From a virus (lineage: Duplodnaviria; Caudoviricetes), in IMG/VR virus record IMGVR_UViG_3300037457_000047, positions 1 to 27,470 of that record: 27,470 nt of DNA, one strand, 5' to 3'. Positions 24,772 through 27,470 of this stretch are shown piece after piece. A model generated the notes under the pieces. It was not told where the DNA came from and made no database searches. It saw only the letters and a program-made list of their open reading frames with translations. The translations under genes were made by a program, and so were the position numbers. Every line of letters starts with the position of its first letter. The stretch's first letter is position 1.

Positions 24772-25317
24772 TCAGCCGCCGCCGGGCAGGTGCCGGTCCC
24801 TGTCTACGATGCGGCGGATCTCGTCGCGCTCGGCGTCGGTCCAGTCCCCGACCAGCGTGGCGATTTCCCTCCAGTCGATGTTGTCGAGGACAGTCCCATC
24901 GCCCCGCGCCGGAGCGGGCTGGTTCCGCCAGGTGCCGTCCGGCTGCGCCTCCCTGGTGTGGTGGGTGCGCAACACATCGGCTGCCTGCTGCGTCGCGGTG
25001 TCCGCGGTGCAGGGGTAGGTGAGGTGGGGGGACCAGGTGGTGATGACCTCGCCGGTCTTCCGGTCCGTGCGGACCGTGTCGATACGCACGGCCAGGGTGC
25101 GGGTGGTGGTGCTCATCAAGATCACTCCTTCGGTGGTGGTGGTGCTCTGGCGGGTGGGGTGGTCGGTGAAGTCGAGGCCGCGGTTGCGCTCCAGGCCGGC
25201 GAGCTCGTCGGCGCCGTGGTGCTCGAAGTCGATCCGGTCCTGCGGGTCGGCCGGGTTGTAGCGCCAGCCGCCGGCGCTGATCGGGGTGCTGGCGGACTCG
25301 GGGCTCTGCCTGTTCAT
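24772..25317 (-). CDS. Hypothetical protein with a second in-frame start at 25116
   Basis: Two near-identical RBS/start cassettes at 25317 and 25116. Confidence 0.65.
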   Translation of the reverse strand: MNRQSPESASTPISAGGWRYNPADPQDRIDFEHHGADELAGLERNRGLDFTDHPTRQSTTTTEGVILMSTTTRTLAVRIDTVRTDRKTGEVITTWSPHLTYPCTADTATQQAADVLRTHHTREAQPDGTWRNQPAPARGDGTVLDNIDWREIATLVGDWTDAERDEIRRIVDRDRHLPGGG

Positions 25318-25348
25318 CAAGATCATCCCTTTCGGTGGTGGTTGTGGT

Positions 25349-25374
25349 GGGGGCTCCGGTCTCCCGGAGCCCCC
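25349..25374 (-). promoter_or_regulatory. Intergenic 11-bp hairpin with a GAGA tetraloop on the minus strand
   Basis: GGGGGCTCCGG-TCTC-CCGGAGCCCCC. Confidence 0.55.
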
Positions 25375-25383
25375 CGGGTCGGG

Positions 25384-25671
25384 TTAGCGGGCCGGGCCGA
25401 GCAGGTCCTCGCCGGGCAGCAGCGGCCACCCGTCCAGCGTGTTCGGCCGGCCGGCGGGGCGGGGCAGGTCCTCGGAGATCAGCCGGCCGGCCTGGATCTG
25501 GTGGCCGGCCTCCTCGATCTCCACCGCCGCCCCGAGGGGGCAGCAGATCGTGATCTCGGTGCCGCCGGCCAGGGTGACCGTCCAGATCATCCGCTCGGGG
25601 TTGATCGGGAGCCAGGGGGCGATGATCTGGTTGATCCGGGTGGCCTCTGCGAATTCCTGCGTCCTCGTCAT
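25384..25671 (-). CDS. Hypothetical protein, leaderless
   Basis: 95 aa. ATG lies 6 nt downstream of a strong -10. Confidence 0.75.
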   Translation of the reverse strand: MTRTQEFAEATRINQIIAPWLPINPERMIWTVTLAGGTEITICCPLGAAVEIEEAGHQIQAGRLISEDLPRPAGRPNTLDGWPLLPGEDLLGPAR

Positions 25672-25677
25672 ACTTAG

Positions 25678-25706
25678 ACTGTAGCACCCTAGGGGTTACA
25701 TTGCAA
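25678..25706 (-). promoter_or_regulatory. Sigma70/HrdB-type promoter
   Basis: TTGCAA-17 nt-TACAGT-6 nt-ATG. The spacer is an operator-like palindrome. Confidence 0.8.
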
Positions 25707-25726
25707 CCCCCGGGGGGACATGTGAC

Positions 25727-25975
25727 TCACGTCACCCCTAGGGTGTCGCGACGGTGCTGCGTCAGCGCGTCCGAGACCTTCTGCCGGGAGATCCCCAGCT
25801 CGGCCGCCACCTGCCCCACGCCACCACGGCCACGCCGCGCCACCTCCTGAGCGATCGCCTCCCGCCGGACCCGCGCGAGCTGCGCTCCGCCGTCAGTCAG
25901 CAGCTCGTGCGCCGCCCGGGCGCGCTCCAGCGGCGGCATGGCCGCCAGCCTGTCCGTCAGCTCTGCCAGCGTCAC
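25727..25975 (-). CDS. Small helix-turn-helix DNA-binding protein
   Basis: 82 aa from GTG 25975, with HTH VGQVAAELGISRQKVSDAL. Confidence 0.8.
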   Translation of the reverse strand: MTLAELTDRLAAMPPLERARAAHELLTDGGAQLARVRREAIAQEVARRGRGGVGQVAAELGISRQKVSDALTQHRRDTLGVT

Positions 25976-25981
25976 CCCACC

Positions 25982-26010
25982 AGTGTGACACGCGGGGGGT
26001 GACGAAGCAA
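25982..26010 (-). promoter_or_regulatory. Leaderless promoter of the HTH gene
   Basis: TTGCTT-17 nt-CACACT-6 nt-GTG. The spacer resembles that of the 25678-25706 promoter. Confidence 0.7.
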
Positions 26011-26102
26011 CCCCGCCCGGCGGGGGTGGCGGGTACCATGTGCTTAGCGTCACCCCCCGGTGACGCGCGCACGGCGGGAGATGGGAGACACCCCCCGCCA
26101 CC

Positions 26103-26387
26103 GTGCCCCCGATACCACAGGCCCGGGCGGTCATCTTCGTCCCGCCCGGGCCACACCGCCGCCGCTGGCTGGACGAGTGCGCCCGGCTGTGCCAGGCCGC
26201 CGGGTGGCCGGTGGTCGCGGTCACGGCGGACCCGGACACGGCGCGGCGGCTGCTGTTGACCGGTGAGGCGGGGGTGGTGGTGGTGGCGCGGCCGGCTCAC
26301 GCGCGGGCGGTGTGGCTGCCGGTGGTGGCGGTGACGGATCCGCCGGGCCGGCCGCATGGGGACGGCCGGCCGCGGCGGCTGAGCTGA
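26103..26387 (+). CDS. Hypothetical protein resembling a degenerate resolvase N-terminal domain
   Basis: RAVIFV...C..LC...GWPVVAV..D...L..GEAGVVVV pattern without the catalytic YxRxS motif. Confidence 0.5.
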   Translation: MPPIPQARAVIFVPPGPHRRRWLDECARLCQAAGWPVVAVTADPDTARRLLLTGEAGVVVVARPAHARAVWLPVVAVTDPPGRPHGDGRPRRLS

Positions 26388-26407
26388 TCAGATGCACTCG
26401 CTCATCG

Positions 26408-26677
26408 TCAGGCCACCGCCCAGTCGCCCGCGAGCACATCGGACACGGTTGGCTGCCAGGGAACGAAGCTGCCGTCCGCGGTTCGCAGCATCAGGTACGG
26501 CCGGAACCGGCACACGGTGCCCTCGGGCAGGCCGGTGGCCCGGGCAGTGTTCGCGTTGATCGGGATGCCGTCCGGGTAGCCAGCTTGGATGACCACGAAC
26601 TGGCCGGGTGCGTTCCAGCTGTCGCGGGTCATGCGCTGGCCGGCGCGCAGCTGCGGCAGGGCGTCGTCGAACCTCAT
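26408..26677 (-). CDS. DUF2829 / Thoeris anti-defence Tad2-like protein
   Basis: MRFDDALPQLRAGQRMTRDSWN...PYLMLRTADGSFVPWQPTVSDVLAGDW is the DUF2829 pattern. ATGA overlap with the integrase stop. Confidence 0.85.
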   Translation of the reverse strand: MRFDDALPQLRAGQRMTRDSWNAPGQFVVIQAGYPDGIPINANTARATGLPEGTVCRFRPYLMLRTADGSFVPWQPTVSDVLAGDWAVA

Positions 26678-27470
26678 GGGGCCAGCGTAGGGCACGGCAG
26701 CCGCCCGACCGCCGCGACCAACCGCGGGCTGGCGACCCGGACGTACCCCAGCGTGGTCGAGATCGACGCGTGGCCCATCAACTCCCGCACCTCCTCCAAC
26801 CCGGCGCCTGAGGCGACCAACGTGGTCCCATACCAGTGCCGGAGCTGGTGCGCGGTCACGTCCACCCCCAGCCCGAGGTAGCAGCGGCGCAGCTCCGCCG
26901 ACACCTGGTCGCGCCACGGGTCCCGCCCGGGCGCCAGCGGCCCCGGCGGCAGCTCCCGCACGGCCTGCCACACCAGCGGATGGGTGGGCACCCGGCGCAG
27001 CTTGTCGCCCTTGCCGTGCAACGTGGTCCGGTCCGGGTCGACGTGCTCGCGGTGCAGCCGCGCCAGCTCGATACAGCGGGCGCCCGCGTACGCCGCGATG
27101 GTCGACCACAACCGGTAGGGCGCCGGCGCCCGGGTCAGGATCGTCGCCAGCTGCGCGTCGCTGCACGGGTTGGGCAGCGACGCGGGCGCCGGCGGCCGGG
27201 GCACCAGTGCGCCCTCATCCCGGTCCATGTGGCCGGCATCGTGCGCCCACGAGGTGCAGCCTGTGATCGCGGCGTGGTAGGTGCGGCGGGTGGCGGCCGA
27301 GCCGTACTGGCTGAGCCAGTCGGCGATCTCGGTCGCGGTGGCGGTGGGCACCCCGGCGGGCAGCTCCCGGTGGGCTGCCCACAACGCGGTGGCGTAGGTG
27401 CGGATGGTCTTCGGGCTGCGGCCGATCTTGGTGAGGTGGTCGAGGTAGTCCTCGATGATGTCGGCGTCCG
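26674..27470 (-). CDS. int: Tyrosine recombinase/integrase (5' end outside the window)
   Basis: AYAGAR, HGKGDK, HQLRH and LMGHASISTTLGY give the R-K-H-R-H-Y catalytic set. The frame stays open to the window edge (DADIIEDYLDHLTKIGRSPKTIRTY). Confidence 0.92.
   Translation of the reverse strand, partial: DADIIEDYLDHLTKIGRSPKTIRTYATALWAAHRELPAGVPTATATEIADWLSQYGSAATRRTYHAAITGCTSWAHDAGHMDRDEGALVPRPPAPASLPNPCSDAQLATILTRAPAPYRLWSTIAAYAGARCIELARLHREHVDPDRTTLHGKGDKLRRVPTHPLVWQAVRELPPGPLAPGRDPWRDQVSAELRRCYLGLGVDVTAHQLRHWYGTTLVASGAGLEEVRELMGHASISTTLGYVRVASPRLVAAVGRLPCPTLAP

Larger units (their letters stand above)
1..27470. mobile_element. Temperate actinobacterial siphovirus/prophage segment
   Basis: Packaging-head-tail-lysis gene order plus an integrase; very high GC content. 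Confidence 0.93.

Noticed and set aside
24683-25687. Upstream 335 codons of the 520-aa ORF
   Set aside because: They overlap better-supported genes in other frames. The real membrane protein starts at 24682.
25680-26067. Mini CRISPR array or att site from the GTCACCCC repeats
   Set aside because: The repeats are short, degenerate, irregularly spaced and sit in promoter spacers, so operators are the better explanation.
23966-27470. attP site or tRNA fragment near the integrase
   Set aside because: No tRNA-like sequence or identifiable core site is visible. Host sequence would be needed.

Overview
High-GC actinobacteriophage or prophage segment of siphovirus type with an HK97-fold capsid. It probably starts near the packaging (cos) end. 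The + strand carries terS-terL, then a small membrane protein, portal, prohead protease, major capsid, a glycosyltransferase/double-methyltransferase fusion, head-tail and tail genes, tape measure, two minor tail proteins and a lysis region. A mostly leftward accessory region follows: HNH endonuclease, membrane protein, an HTH regulator with operator-like repeats, a DUF2829/Tad2-like gene and a tyrosine recombinase cut by the window edge. The most unusual features are (i) a divergently transcribed three-gene fibre-like cassette between terL and portal, while the tail module has no obvious fibre gene; (ii) a three-domain glycosylation/methylation enzyme inside the head operon; (iii) a predicted pseudoknot after the capsid gene; (iv) a likely non-canonical -1 frameshift in the tail chaperone; (v) a minimal kinase-like gene and a secreted two-Cys peptide gene near the lysis genes. 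All calls come from motif recognition by eye; no searches were run.
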